Origin: a virus
Strand: one strand, 5' to 3'
Virus record (IMG/VR): IMGVR_UViG_3300030060_008003
Location: 27,502 to 91,501 of that record
DNA: 64,000 nucleotides
Below, one piece after another: positions 40,566-50,123 of the stretch (position 1 is its first letter; the number at the start of each line of letters is the position of its first letter). The notes under the pieces were generated by a model. That model worked only from the letters and a program-made list of their open reading frames with translations. It had not been told where the DNA came from and did no database searches. The position numbers and the translations under genes are program-made.

Positions 40566-41195
40566 TCAAGAAGGAGACTGATTTGTATCGATAGGTTCGT
40601 AGTTTCTAAATGCAAACGTAATGCTTTTTTCTAAAAACGATTCATTATCATAATCAATTGTATAACCTTCTATGTTAGTAGGAAATACATCAGTAAAGAT
40701 ATAACCTTTACGAATTTCACCTTTGTTATTATATTGTCTTAAAACAACATTAGGACATAGCAGCCCTCTATTTATTAAACCATCAATACCTATTGCTATC
40801 ATCCACGGTCTAAAAAAGTTATGCTCTAAATCTTCATTTGTATCGAATACATTTACTGTAAGATTTCTATTTAAGAACCCTTGTCTCTTTTCTACACCAA
40901 ATGCTGGTAAGAATCCACCTTTGTTTATATCTCCTCCTGCTTCAAGAAACTCTGTTGTTTCACCCGGAACAGTTACTTCACGAGCTACCATAGTGTTACC
41001 ATTAGATACAAACTCCTCTGGTGTATTTTTAACTCTCCACCGCTCGCGAGCTTTTGATAATGCCTGGTCGACTTGACCAACTACCGAGCTTGCATTAGAG
41101 AATTCTATTTTCCATAGAGATGGTAAAGAGAGATAGAACTTTGGAGGACCACCAACGCTATAGTTACTGAGAAAGTCATATTGTTCTCTTGCCAT
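40566..41195 (-). CDS. tail tube initiator, gp54-like
   Basis: tube-fold pattern VTVPGE...FFRPWM...YIFTDVFPT...ITFAF. Confidence 0.6.
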   Translation of the reverse strand: MAREQYDFLSNYSVGGPPKFYLSLPSLWKIEFSNASSVVGQVDQALSKARERWRVKNTPEEFVSNGNTMVAREVTVPGETTEFLEAGGDINKGGFLPAFGVEKRQGFLNRNLTVNVFDTNEDLEHNFFRPWMIAIGIDGLINRGLLCPNVVLRQYNNKGEIRKGYIFTDVFPTNIEGYTIDYDNESFLEKSITFAFRNYEPIDTNQSPS

Positions 41196-41232
41196 TAATA
41201 ATATTTAATCGGCAAACCTGCTAAAGATACAG

Positions 41233-41769
41233 TTAACTAAAATCTCTGTAGAAGTGGTAAGCGAATGTAGTAGAGAAGTTTAAAATGGCTCCTTCACCTT
41301 CAGCAATAGAGTATTCAATGTCTCCAATCTCTCTAATTGATGCTCCAACAAGCTCAATGTTTCTAACATCGTTCAGACCTTTATCAATTTGAACTAAGTT
41401 AATTCTTGACTCTTCACCAGGCATACCATATGAACCGAGAGATGTTTCATTATTAAACACTGCTCTTGAAGCTTGTTCCATTTTCGTTCTTAGTTCACAA
41501 TCTTCATCGTGATAGAACTCAATTGAATAACCTTCAGCGTTAGCATATGTTGACCTTCCAGGTACTTGAAACTGTTGACCGAAATAGTTAACAGTTTGGT
41601 TAGTTATGTTTCTTCCTGGTAAGTTTGCAGTCCTAGCGTAAACTAGGTCATCTTCCCCGTTAAAACTAATTCCACCGATTAAGTCTATTTGCCTTACTCG
41701 AAATAGAAAGTCACGGGAAAATTGCTTTTCTGCAGCTCTGGTAAAGAAGTTTTGAATAGTTGTTGCCAT
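41233..41769 (-). CDS. gp19: tail tube protein
   Basis: follows the sheath gene; ANLPGR...VNYFG..VPGR..Y...F.TTFAY. Confidence 0.8.
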   Translation of the reverse strand: MATTIQNFFTRAAEKQFSRDFLFRVRQIDLIGGISFNGEDDLVYARTANLPGRNITNQTVNYFGQQFQVPGRSTYANAEGYSIEFYHDEDCELRTKMEQASRAVFNNETSLGSYGMPGEESRINLVQIDKGLNDVRNIELVGASIREIGDIEYSIAEGEGAILNFSTTFAYHFYRDFS

Positions 41770-41792
41770 AATATTATTTATTGTTTAGTTCA

Positions 41793-44651
41793 TTAACCAC
41801 CGATTAATTCTTCAAAATTAGCATCTGTTCTAGTAGCGTAGAAGTTAACTAATATAAACTCTGCTGTTCTTGTCGGCTTGATGTAAATATCAACTACCAA
41901 CTCATTAGCATCGATAACTTGCGGAGTGTTGTTTCTTTCATCACAAACAATCAAGTAGTCAAACAGACCTTCATTATTCTTAGCCCTTTCAAAGATCGGG
42001 GTAAGTGTGTTAACAATTCTGGTTCTAGTAAACTCTGTATTCTGTTCAAATACGAAGAATCTAGAAACTTTCTTAGTTGGTCTCTCTAAGCTTAAGAACA
42101 GCCTTCTAACATTAATTCTGTCGAATGCGCTCGATTTCTTTGAAAGTGTCTTCTGACCAAATATTACTAATCCCTGTGATGGGAATTGTGCTACTGGGTT
42201 AATATTAGCTTTGTAAAGCTCATCTCTTTGCTTCTGATTTGGATTAACTGCAATATCATTTGCAAATGTTACAAGCCCTCTAGTAAAGCCAGCTGGTGCA
42301 AACCATGGGAAGGTTGCTGCATCTGTTCTTGCCATTGTAGCTCCAGCAAAGCCAGAGAATGGAACGTAAACTTGACGTCCTGAGTAGCTATCATAAACTA
42401 ATGCCCAGTTACCATATACAGTAGCGTAAGATGTATTCTCATTTGCGAACTGATGTCTTATAGGCCAGTAAATGTCAGTTTGGAAATTCTTACTCTTATT
42501 ATCTAACACTCTACCACCAGAACCCTGTATGAAGATCTGACGTAATGGATCAGCAATAAAGATACAATCACCTCTACCTCCACCAAGATAAGGCGGTGAG
42601 CAGAATTGCTCAAACTTATTAAAGATAGTAGAGTAGTTATTTCTAAGAGTTAAAGCATCTCCAGTAATATCATTAGAAGTTCTTAATCCATTAACAGCTG
42701 CAGCAGACGTCGCAGAATACTCATCGTAGTAAGTTGTACTGTCTGCGCTAGCAATTGCATAGATTGTTCCTAAGCCACCTTCAACAACAACATCAATATC
42801 GTAGATGTCATCATTTTTAACACCGTCAAGAGCTCTTTCAAGCTTACTAGGTATATCACCTAATTCCTTACCCTTAACAGTTGCTTCAGTATAAGCTCCA
42901 AGACCGTAAATACTTTCTGCTTTACCTAGTGCTGTATCTAATGCTGTATAATGAGCTGCATCAATTCCTGTTTTTGCTACTCCCTGTGCGTCAGTATTAG
43001 TAGCTAGTTGAGTTGTTAATACTCTAACTCTCTTATTAACATTGCCGTCAGCATCTAAGGCATTTGTACCTCTAAGTCTATTAGAGACATAATCATTAAC
43101 TTTTACAACCACGTTTCGTGACGAATCATCGCGACTCTCAACAAAGAACGGTACATCTAAGCCACCAGCTGGATTAAGCTTTGTTCTATAGTAGTTAATA
43201 GATCCTGCTATTCCATCTTCTAACACATAATCAAGCTTAAACGCTTCATTGGCGTAAATTGACTTACGCAGTTTAAATACACCTAAGCTTAACACATCAT
43301 CGTCATCTCTACCGTCAATCTCAAAATCAGTAAGATTTTCCATTACCTCAGATACTGAATTAGTTGTACCTGTTTGGAAGTTAGCTGATAGTTTAAACAC
43401 TTGCGTACCAGCTGGTATTGTCGTAAACGAGGTTGTAGACGCAGCTGATTGCGTAAGCGTTTTAGTTGTTAAAATATTATTAAAGTTACTTCCTGGAGTT
43501 GTATTAGTATTATCAGCAAGTCCAACATAATAACCTTCAAACTGGTTATTGATAGTTGAAGTCGACTTGTTTAATATCACCGCTCCAGCTGCACCTGCAT
43601 TAGCAATAGTAGCAAACGAATCTTTAGCACCTGCTGTTGCAGACCATGTAAACGCTGTATCTTCTAAAGCGCTAAGATATTGTGATTCAGTAAGTTCTAA
43701 GTGAGTAGGTTGACCTAACACATATACTGCTGAAGCAGTATCTAAGTTAGTTGAAATTTGCTGATTAGATTCAGCACTAAGAGTGAAAGTATCAGTAGCA
43801 CCAGTAAACGGACTGAGTACTGACGGTGTAATTACACCAATAGTCTTTAGTGCAGAAGCGCCAGTAAGGCCAATTTTAACAGAAGTACTAGCATAAGTGT
43901 TAGGTGCATTTCCTGCACTTGCCATAAAGTTAAATGTATCATTACCAGGTGTTACTGGTCTTGCTGCAACTGTATAACCGGCTGACAGACGAACTACGGA
44001 CGATAGTGCATGTCTAATGGACTGAGGTGAGTTACCACCGGTCTTACTAGCACAAAGTTGAATTACATTAGTGGTACCGCCGTTTTTAACTTGAGTAGAT
44101 GAAGTAGTAGAGAATTCACAACTACCTGTATTACCACCAACCTGGGGGTTACTAGCGCCTTCTGCACCAGTACCAAATCCAAAGACAACAGAGCTCAGAA
44201 CACCACGACCAGATTGAATTTGAATCTCCACTCCGGAAAGAGCAGTATGCGAATCAGCAGCAGTAAATTTTTGATTAAGATGAAAGGAACTCAGCTGACC
44301 CAATTGCGAGTCACCAGTAACGTTACGTACTGGATATACTAAAGCTGAATATTTAGACCCAAATCCATCACCAGTACCATGACCATATGGTAATCTACTA
44401 GCATAAACATTAGCTGGCGAATTTAGCAGCTCATTTAAAGTATAGTAAAAGTACCGTTCTGATGAGTTAGTCGGCGGGCCAAATATATTGTTTAGCTCTT
44501 GTTTAGTTGTAATTTTAAGAACTTCGTCAAGTGGTCCTTGTTGTGCAAAACCTGTAACATATACATTAGTTCCAACATTTAAAGGAGCTGTAAGTGAAAG
44601 ATCTGATTCTCTAATTTCTACTCCTGGAGAGTTAATCGTACGCTGTGCCAT
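41793..44651 (-). CDS. gp18: tail sheath protein
   Basis: SPGVEIRESDL, WFAPAGFTRG, INPV, GQKTL, FDRINVRRL, FEQN, IKPTRTAEFI. Confidence 0.96.
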   Translation of the reverse strand: MAQRTINSPGVEIRESDLSLTAPLNVGTNVYVTGFAQQGPLDEVLKITTKQELNNIFGPPTNSSERYFYYTLNELLNSPANVYASRLPYGHGTGDGFGSKYSALVYPVRNVTGDSQLGQLSSFHLNQKFTAADSHTALSGVEIQIQSGRGVLSSVVFGFGTGAEGASNPQVGGNTGSCEFSTTSSTQVKNGGTTNVIQLCASKTGGNSPQSIRHALSSVVRLSAGYTVAARPVTPGNDTFNFMASAGNAPNTYASTSVKIGLTGASALKTIGVITPSVLSPFTGATDTFTLSAESNQQISTNLDTASAVYVLGQPTHLELTESQYLSALEDTAFTWSATAGAKDSFATIANAGAAGAVILNKSTSTINNQFEGYYVGLADNTNTTPGSNFNNILTTKTLTQSAASTTSFTTIPAGTQVFKLSANFQTGTTNSVSEVMENLTDFEIDGRDDDDVLSLGVFKLRKSIYANEAFKLDYVLEDGIAGSINYYRTKLNPAGGLDVPFFVESRDDSSRNVVVKVNDYVSNRLRGTNALDADGNVNKRVRVLTTQLATNTDAQGVAKTGIDAAHYTALDTALGKAESIYGLGAYTEATVKGKELGDIPSKLERALDGVKNDDIYDIDVVVEGGLGTIYAIASADSTTYYDEYSATSAAAVNGLRTSNDITGDALTLRNNYSTIFNKFEQFCSPPYLGGGRGDCIFIADPLRQIFIQGSGGRVLDNKSKNFQTDIYWPIRHQFANENTSYATVYGNWALVYDSYSGRQVYVPFSGFAGATMARTDAATFPWFAPAGFTRGLVTFANDIAVNPNQKQRDELYKANINPVAQFPSQGLVIFGQKTLSKKSSAFDRINVRRLFLSLERPTKKVSRFFVFEQNTEFTRTRIVNTLTPIFERAKNNEGLFDYLIVCDERNNTPQVIDANELVVDIYIKPTRTAEFILVNFYATRTDANFEELIGG

Positions 44652-44656
44652 AAAAT

Positions 44657-44662
44657 TATTTA
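44657..44662 (-). promoter_or_regulatory. T4-like late promoter of the tail sheath gene (representative of more than 20 copies)
   Basis: TAAATA 5 nt upstream of the ATG at 44651. Confidence 0.75.
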
Positions 44663-44683
44663 TCTATTTCATGACAATTATAT

Positions 44684-45271
44684 TCAAAAATCTATAACTT
44701 CAGTATGTAATTGTGAATAAACAAAGGTGAAACCAGATGTAATTTCGTCTGCTGTTTGATAGTTGTAGTCTATCTTATCAACAGTGGTGGGAAATGCCTT
44801 TGTATAGGTAAATTTTATTCTATTATTATTAAATTCATCTTTACCATAAATGGTTAAATTTGCTTGATAATCTTTAAAATTTTCATCTGGATCAGCAGCG
44901 TTTATTTCTCGAGCGTTGTATGTACCGGTATATTGGTCATGAAGTAAGTTAAGCCATTGATATATTACCCAATAGTTTTTATATTCATTATCAACTTTAA
45001 ACTGAACACTAACAGGTGGGTAGGGATTCTTACTATGGGATGTAACATATAACGTGCTTCCTGCATATCTTGTTTCTGTAGCTGGTACTGTAATTTCAGG
45101 AACAGCTGTGCCAAATATAGAAAATTGTACCGAGTCACTAATAATAGACGTATTATCTTGATTAAATTTCTTATTAAACTCTCTTAGTATAGGGGGTATA
45201 TCAAATACAAGCAAGAACTTATCAGCTCTTGACTTGTTGAGCACCGATTGCTGCATGGTGTTATAGGCCAT
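44684..45271 (-). CDS. tail completion/tube-like protein (gp3-like)
   Basis: VPEITV...VQFKVDNEYKNYWVIYQWL...FTYTKAFPT. Confidence 0.6.
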   Translation of the reverse strand: MAYNTMQQSVLNKSRADKFLLVFDIPPILREFNKKFNQDNTSIISDSVQFSIFGTAVPEITVPATETRYAGSTLYVTSHSKNPYPPVSVQFKVDNEYKNYWVIYQWLNLLHDQYTGTYNAREINAADPDENFKDYQANLTIYGKDEFNNNRIKFTYTKAFPTTVDKIDYNYQTADEITSGFTFVYSQLHTEVIDF

Positions 45272-45280
45272 ATAATATAT

Positions 45281-47017
45281 TTATCTTTTAACTCTCTCGC
45301 CAGTCCAGTTTGGAGGTGGTTTTTCGCCTAATAGCTGATAACCGAAAGTTTGAAGTTCATCCATATCTGATATAACTTCATCGCCCATACCCCATACAAG
45401 AGCATTCATCTCATGATTATGATTACCTACTACCTCATTATCTAGATATATAGAAGTTGGATCTTCAAAATACTGTACACCAAAGTCCATAGGCTCTATA
45501 ACAGAAGGTTTACCCATATCATCAACTTCTACGATTTCAAAAAATCTTTCTGTTATTTCTTTCTCTAATATAAAGAGACCATATAACATAGCCATTACTC
45601 TATCATCATGAAAGCCACCACGCGCTTTCCAAGTACCGTTTGGATACCTTACAAAATTTCTTAACTCAGCTACAGTTTCTTCTTCATTAATGTTAACGAC
45701 TCTTATCTCGTTCATGAAGTATCTCATGTTGAGGACCCCTTTATACTTAGTATTGGTGTGAGCTATCATACCTCTCATAACATTACGGCGGTGTGCATTA
45801 GCATTACCATATGATACTATTTTTTCATATCCTAAATCTACAGCTAATCTATCTACAACTTGAGCACCGCAGTTGTTTCTTTCAATTAAAGCTAGAGGCG
45901 AGCCCCAGTTTCTTAAAATTTTGTATAGTCTATTAGTAAACTCTAACGGAGGTATTTTATTGTTTCTATATACTGCTACTTGTTTTATTTCTTTTATATC
46001 TGTTATATCTAATATTTGAATAACGGAAGAATCAACACCTACACCTTCTGATATATCTACCCCCGCGACATAAAGTTTAGATTCATCAGGCTCTTCCCAC
46101 AGCTTATAGTGACCCTCATCTAGAATAATTTTAGGGTCAGATACCTTTGACATCATTTCTTCAAATAATTCATCATCTAATGTTGATTCGCCAGAATGTA
46201 TAAACTCGCATTCAAATTCCTGTAACCAAGCATCAGCAGAACCAATAGCTGTTTTAGTAGCTTGAGCCCAAGCTTCATCGCGACCTGGTATCTCGCTCCA
46301 TTTTATCTTATCATGTGCCCATCCATTCTCACCTTCTATAGCTCCGTGATATAATTTATAAAACAAATTATCAGTACCATTAGCTGTGGAGCATACAAAT
46401 ACTTTAGATTTTTTAGAAGAAGTAATAATTGGGAAGACCGACTTCCAAAACTCTTCTACTAAATGCGGCTCAATAAAAGCCATCTCATCAATAACAAGAC
46501 AGTTAACAGATTGTCCTCGAGCAGCAGTACCGGTAGTAGTTGTGATACCTATTCTACTACCATTCTCTAACGTCATAGAAGTTTTAGCATACTCCTTCAC
46601 CGGTGGTTTTAACCAGTTAGGTAACTCTTCATAAGCCATCCTCACTCTTTGAAAGATTTCAATAGCGGTTGCCTCTTTGTTTGCCACTAATAGGATACGC
46701 TGATCATTATTAAAACATGCTTGCCATAAAATGTATATGGTCATCATTGTCGATTTACCAATCTGTCTAGAAGCTAACAAACAAAAGAATCGATTATCTC
46801 TCATCTTTCTTAATGCTCTTTTTTGAGGCTTATACAACTGTATATTTTCTTTACCTCTATCTAAGTTAACAATATGAAAGAAGTTCTCAGCAAAATATAG
46901 TATATTACTACTAGCCTTTTTAAGGTTCTTTACCTGCTCTTTAGTGTATTCACCCTTCCAGTTAACGTTGGGTAAGTTCTTATTACCCATATAAAACATA
47001 TTATCCTGTCTAGCCAC
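45281..47017 (-). CDS. gp17: terminase large subunit
   Basis: Walker A ASRQIGKST, Walker B LVIDEMAF, STANG, QEFEC, GVDISEG, HDDRVMA; GTG start 5 nt after TAAATA. Confidence 0.96.
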   Translation of the reverse strand: MARQDNMFYMGNKNLPNVNWKGEYTKEQVKNLKKASSNILYFAENFFHIVNLDRGKENIQLYKPQKRALRKMRDNRFFCLLASRQIGKSTMMTIYILWQACFNNDQRILLVANKEATAIEIFQRVRMAYEELPNWLKPPVKEYAKTSMTLENGSRIGITTTTGTAARGQSVNCLVIDEMAFIEPHLVEEFWKSVFPIITSSKKSKVFVCSTANGTDNLFYKLYHGAIEGENGWAHDKIKWSEIPGRDEAWAQATKTAIGSADAWLQEFECEFIHSGESTLDDELFEEMMSKVSDPKIILDEGHYKLWEEPDESKLYVAGVDISEGVGVDSSVIQILDITDIKEIKQVAVYRNNKIPPLEFTNRLYKILRNWGSPLALIERNNCGAQVVDRLAVDLGYEKIVSYGNANAHRRNVMRGMIAHTNTKYKGVLNMRYFMNEIRVVNINEEETVAELRNFVRYPNGTWKARGGFHDDRVMAMLYGLFILEKEITERFFEIVEVDDMGKPSVIEPMDFGVQYFEDPTSIYLDNEVVGNHNHEMNALVWGMGDEVISDMDELQTFGYQLLGEKPPPNWTGERVKR

Positions 47018-47049
47018 AGAAATATTTAATGCATAGCATAAATAATTAC

Positions 47050-48192
47050 ATGTCAAAAAGTAAAGACTGGATATCATTAGGTGAAGCATATAAAGATGTT
47101 TTCAGAAAAGTAGTTGTCAACGAGGATATACCGGTACCAGCTGGTACAGTAGGAAAAGCTCCTCTTGAAACAGGAGGCCCGCAAGAAGAAGGCGGCTTTA
47201 GACCACCTCTAGTTGACATTACTAAGATGTCTGAAAAGGATAAAAAAGATAATATATACAACATTAAAGGCTATACATATGGTGATGGTAATGATCCTGT
47301 CGATTGTGACGGGCCAGATCCGACAGGACCTGAATATGACCAGGTACCTTATTCAGGTATAGTAGGACCTGAAGAAGATGAAGAAGAGAAAGGCAAAAGG
47401 CCAGACTATCCAGATGTTGATAATGATAATGACACAGATGAGTCTATGGAGAAAGCTCTCAAAGATAAGAAAAAAGGCAAAAAACATAATAATGATGAAG
47501 AAGATGAAGAATTTTTGGAAGAACACGAGAAAATTGCACGCGCTGGCCTAAATAATTTTATGAGCAAATCCGTATTTGATAAACTTTATAATAAGGTAAT
47601 GGTAAGTGAAAGCTTTGGTGAAGATGCTGAAGATGTAACTGAACTTGAAGCTTTAGGAATTGAGACAGAAACTGATGTTGAAGTTGATGAAGTTCCAGAA
47701 GAGATCACAGTTTCCATTCCTGGATCACTAGCACAAGAACTTTGTGATATCTTACAAACAGCCATCGCACAACAGGAAACAGAAGTTGACATTGATGTTG
47801 ATGTAGAAGAAGTAACTGATACAGAGTTTGAAGAGGATGCTGAAACTGCTAGACAGAAAACATATGGTGGTAATAAAGGAGACCATCCTCGTAGGTTTAA
47901 TAAAAAGACCGGTCGTAAGAGTGAGGTAAAAGATTATGAAGAGGATGAAGAAGCAGTAATGAAAGATGGTGGAGGTTACGGCATGGATGCTGGTTCTACT
48001 CTTAAAGGAGAAGTTAACTACGGTAGAGGAGGCCAAAACAAAGTCAGTAAGTTAAGACCAGCTGGTGCTGCTAAGATGAAAGACGGTGGAGGTTACGGCT
48101 TAGATGCTGGTTCTACTCTTAATCATACCGTTGACATGGGTAAAAACAACAAGGTGGGTAAATTACCTGTAGGTAAAAACGCTTTCGAATAA
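47050..48192 (+). CDS. acidic late protein (scaffold/prohead core-like) with a nested in-frame start at 47560
   Basis: TAAATA-N5-ATG at 47050; EEDEE motifs; MKDGGGYGxDAGSTL occurs twice. Confidence 0.75.
   Translation: MSKSKDWISLGEAYKDVFRKVVVNEDIPVPAGTVGKAPLETGGPQEEGGFRPPLVDITKMSEKDKKDNIYNIKGYTYGDGNDPVDCDGPDPTGPEYDQVPYSGIVGPEEDEEEKGKRPDYPDVDNDNDTDESMEKALKDKKKGKKHNNDEEDEEFLEEHEKIARAGLNNFMSKSVFDKLYNKVMVSESFGEDAEDVTELEALGIETETDVEVDEVPEEITVSIPGSLAQELCDILQTAIAQQETEVDIDVDVEEVTDTEFEEDAETARQKTYGGNKGDHPRRFNKKTGRKSEVKDYEEDEEAVMKDGGGYGMDAGSTLKGEVNYGRGGQNKVSKLRPAGAAKMKDGGGYGLDAGSTLNHTVDMGKNNKVGKLPVGKNAFE
47549..47554 (+). promoter_or_regulatory. intragenic late promoter driving a nested in-frame start at 47560
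   Basis: CTAAATA ATTTT ATG; same spacer as the sheath promoter. Confidence 0.65.
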
Positions 48193-48216
48193 GTCGCTCA
48201 AAAATTAAACAATAAT

Positions 48217-48252
48217 AAAAAGCCCGTTGAGTACCCCTCTTCGGGCTTTTTT
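48217..48252 (+). terminator. intrinsic terminator, possibly bidirectional
   Basis: AAAAAGCCCG...CGGGCTTTTTT hairpin after the stop at 48192. Confidence 0.85.
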
Positions 48253-48265
48253 AATAAATATAATT

Positions 48266-49300
48266 GTGAGGTTCTACAATAACACACTCAATCAAAAGTT
48301 TTGGTCGGAGGATAATAAATTCGACCCTGACATAAGAAAGAAGCTTTTAGCTATAACTGATGATTTTGTTGAGAGTTTAGATCTCCAAGGGGTGGATATA
48401 CATGATATTACCTTAACTGGTAGTAATAGTAATTACAATTACAATGAGCACTCTGATCTCGATGTACATGTATTAATCGACTTTAAAGATATTAATGAGG
48501 ATGAAGATTTAGTTAAGAGATCTCTCGATGGTCCTCGGTTTGTATGGAATCTTAGACATAATGTAAATCTTAAAGGCCATGATGTTGAAATGTATATGCA
48601 AGATAAAGACGAGCCGCATGTCGCTTCTGGTCTTTATTCGTTAAAAGATGATAAATGGATTACTGAACCATCTTTTGATCCTCCATCAATAGATGTTAAT
48701 GATGTATTTAAAAAAGCTAAAGCTATTGAAACGGAGATAGAGATTTTAAAGGAAGAGTTAGGTAAAGCTGATGGTGATGAAGCTAAAAAATTACATGAGT
48801 GTGGTAAAGAATTAAAAGATAAAATATCAAAGATGCGAAAGCGTGGATTAGCTCGTGAAGGAGAATTTAGTATTGAAAATTTAGCATTCAAAGTGTTACG
48901 TAATACAGAAGCTATCGGTGATCTTATAGATTTAATATCATCATCGTATGATAAAATTTATACTGAAAGATTTAAAACCTTCTCTGAATATTTTCAAGGA
49001 GATCCTATCATGAATCCTCATATGAGAAATGGTAAAAATGTTAATAGAGTTGGATTATCAAAAAAGCATCTGAATACTTTACCAAAGCAGTACCAGCATA
49101 AATGTCCACATGTATCAAATCTCGTTAATGGATCTGCTAGTCAAATTAAATTAATGGGTCGACCACTACTAGACACTCTTGCAGCTTATGCTGTCGACTA
49201 TAAGCCAGGTGTAACAAATACCCTAGGTAACTCTGGTGTAGAAGTACAAATGTTTGAAGATAACGAAGGAACCCCATGTGGAATGTTAAAGAAGAAGTAA
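48266..49300 (+). CDS. Pol-beta-superfamily nucleotidyltransferase domain protein
   Basis: LTGSNSNYNY...SDLDVHV...DVEMY; GTG start 5 nt after TAAATA. Confidence 0.75.
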   Translation: MRFYNNTLNQKFWSEDNKFDPDIRKKLLAITDDFVESLDLQGVDIHDITLTGSNSNYNYNEHSDLDVHVLIDFKDINEDEDLVKRSLDGPRFVWNLRHNVNLKGHDVEMYMQDKDEPHVASGLYSLKDDKWITEPSFDPPSIDVNDVFKKAKAIETEIEILKEELGKADGDEAKKLHECGKELKDKISKMRKRGLAREGEFSIENLAFKVLRNTEAIGDLIDLISSSYDKIYTERFKTFSEYFQGDPIMNPHMRNGKNVNRVGLSKKHLNTLPKQYQHKCPHVSNLVNGSASQIKLMGRPLLDTLAAYAVDYKPGVTNTLGNSGVEVQMFEDNEGTPCGMLKKK

Positions 49301-49301
49301 A

Positions 49302-50123
49302 ATGCCATCAACGCCTCCATGTAATCAAAATAGATTAAACTGCCTTCCAGAGGAAGTTTTAGCAGCAACTGCTATACCTTCTTGTGGTCAGCTTGTTAGT
49401 CCATATAACTTACAAGCAGAGCAGTTAGTATTTGATCAGGCATTTAACGATTTAATTAACAACTTTGGCATACCGGTAGATTACTATATTAACACCTTTA
49501 ATCTTTCTGCTGCTGATTTACTCTACGGTGAGGACTTTGGCAACGAAACTAACAGAAGACAATTCCAAGGTCCGTTATCAGGTATGCAAATGTACGTTGA
49601 GCTATCAGATGATGCTATTAATTTATCTAAGTTTGGCTTTGATCCTGATGATGAGTTTACAGCCTTTGTACATATAAGCTCTTTCCAATCTACAGCGTCA
49701 GCATATTTTGATTATTCAGCTGTTGCTCAAGCAATTGAACCAAAAGCAGGTGATGTAATTGATCTTAAAGTGTTAGGATGTGATAGACCAAATCAAAGAG
49801 GTTCAGTTATGTTTCAGGTAACAGAGAGAATGGATCAAGACTTAGCTGTATTGAACCCTGTACTTGGTCATTACATTTACAGACTTAGAGGTAAGAGATT
49901 TAATTACTCGTTTGAATCAGGGTTATCAAGCGAACCTGTTAATGAGCAAGTCTACGATAGTACAAAGAGTGGTATACTATCTACTGATCTCTTTGACCAG
50001 TCAGCATCTGAAGGTAAGACTTATCCTAATGAGCACGATCCTTATGATATTAACGATGTATCAAAGACACAAGTAATGGATATGGATGTCAATGATACAG
50101 ACATCTATGGCTCGTATTATTAG
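49302..50123 (+). CDS. gp14: neck/head-completion protein, gp14-like
   Basis: INNFGIPVDY...LYGED...LSKFG...EPKAGDVI...F.YS.E. Confidence 0.7.
   Translation: MPSTPPCNQNRLNCLPEEVLAATAIPSCGQLVSPYNLQAEQLVFDQAFNDLINNFGIPVDYYINTFNLSAADLLYGEDFGNETNRRQFQGPLSGMQMYVELSDDAINLSKFGFDPDDEFTAFVHISSFQSTASAYFDYSAVAQAIEPKAGDVIDLKVLGCDRPNQRGSVMFQVTERMDQDLAVLNPVLGHYIYRLRGKRFNYSFESGLSSEPVNEQVYDSTKSGILSTDLFDQSASEGKTYPNEHDPYDINDVSKTQVMDMDVNDTDIYGSYY

Noticed and set aside
45281-47089. Intein or intron in the terminase, and the track's longer N-terminus
   Set aside because: 578 aa from the GTG at 47017 is a normal gp17 length with contiguous motifs; the extension runs across the promoter and the divergent gene
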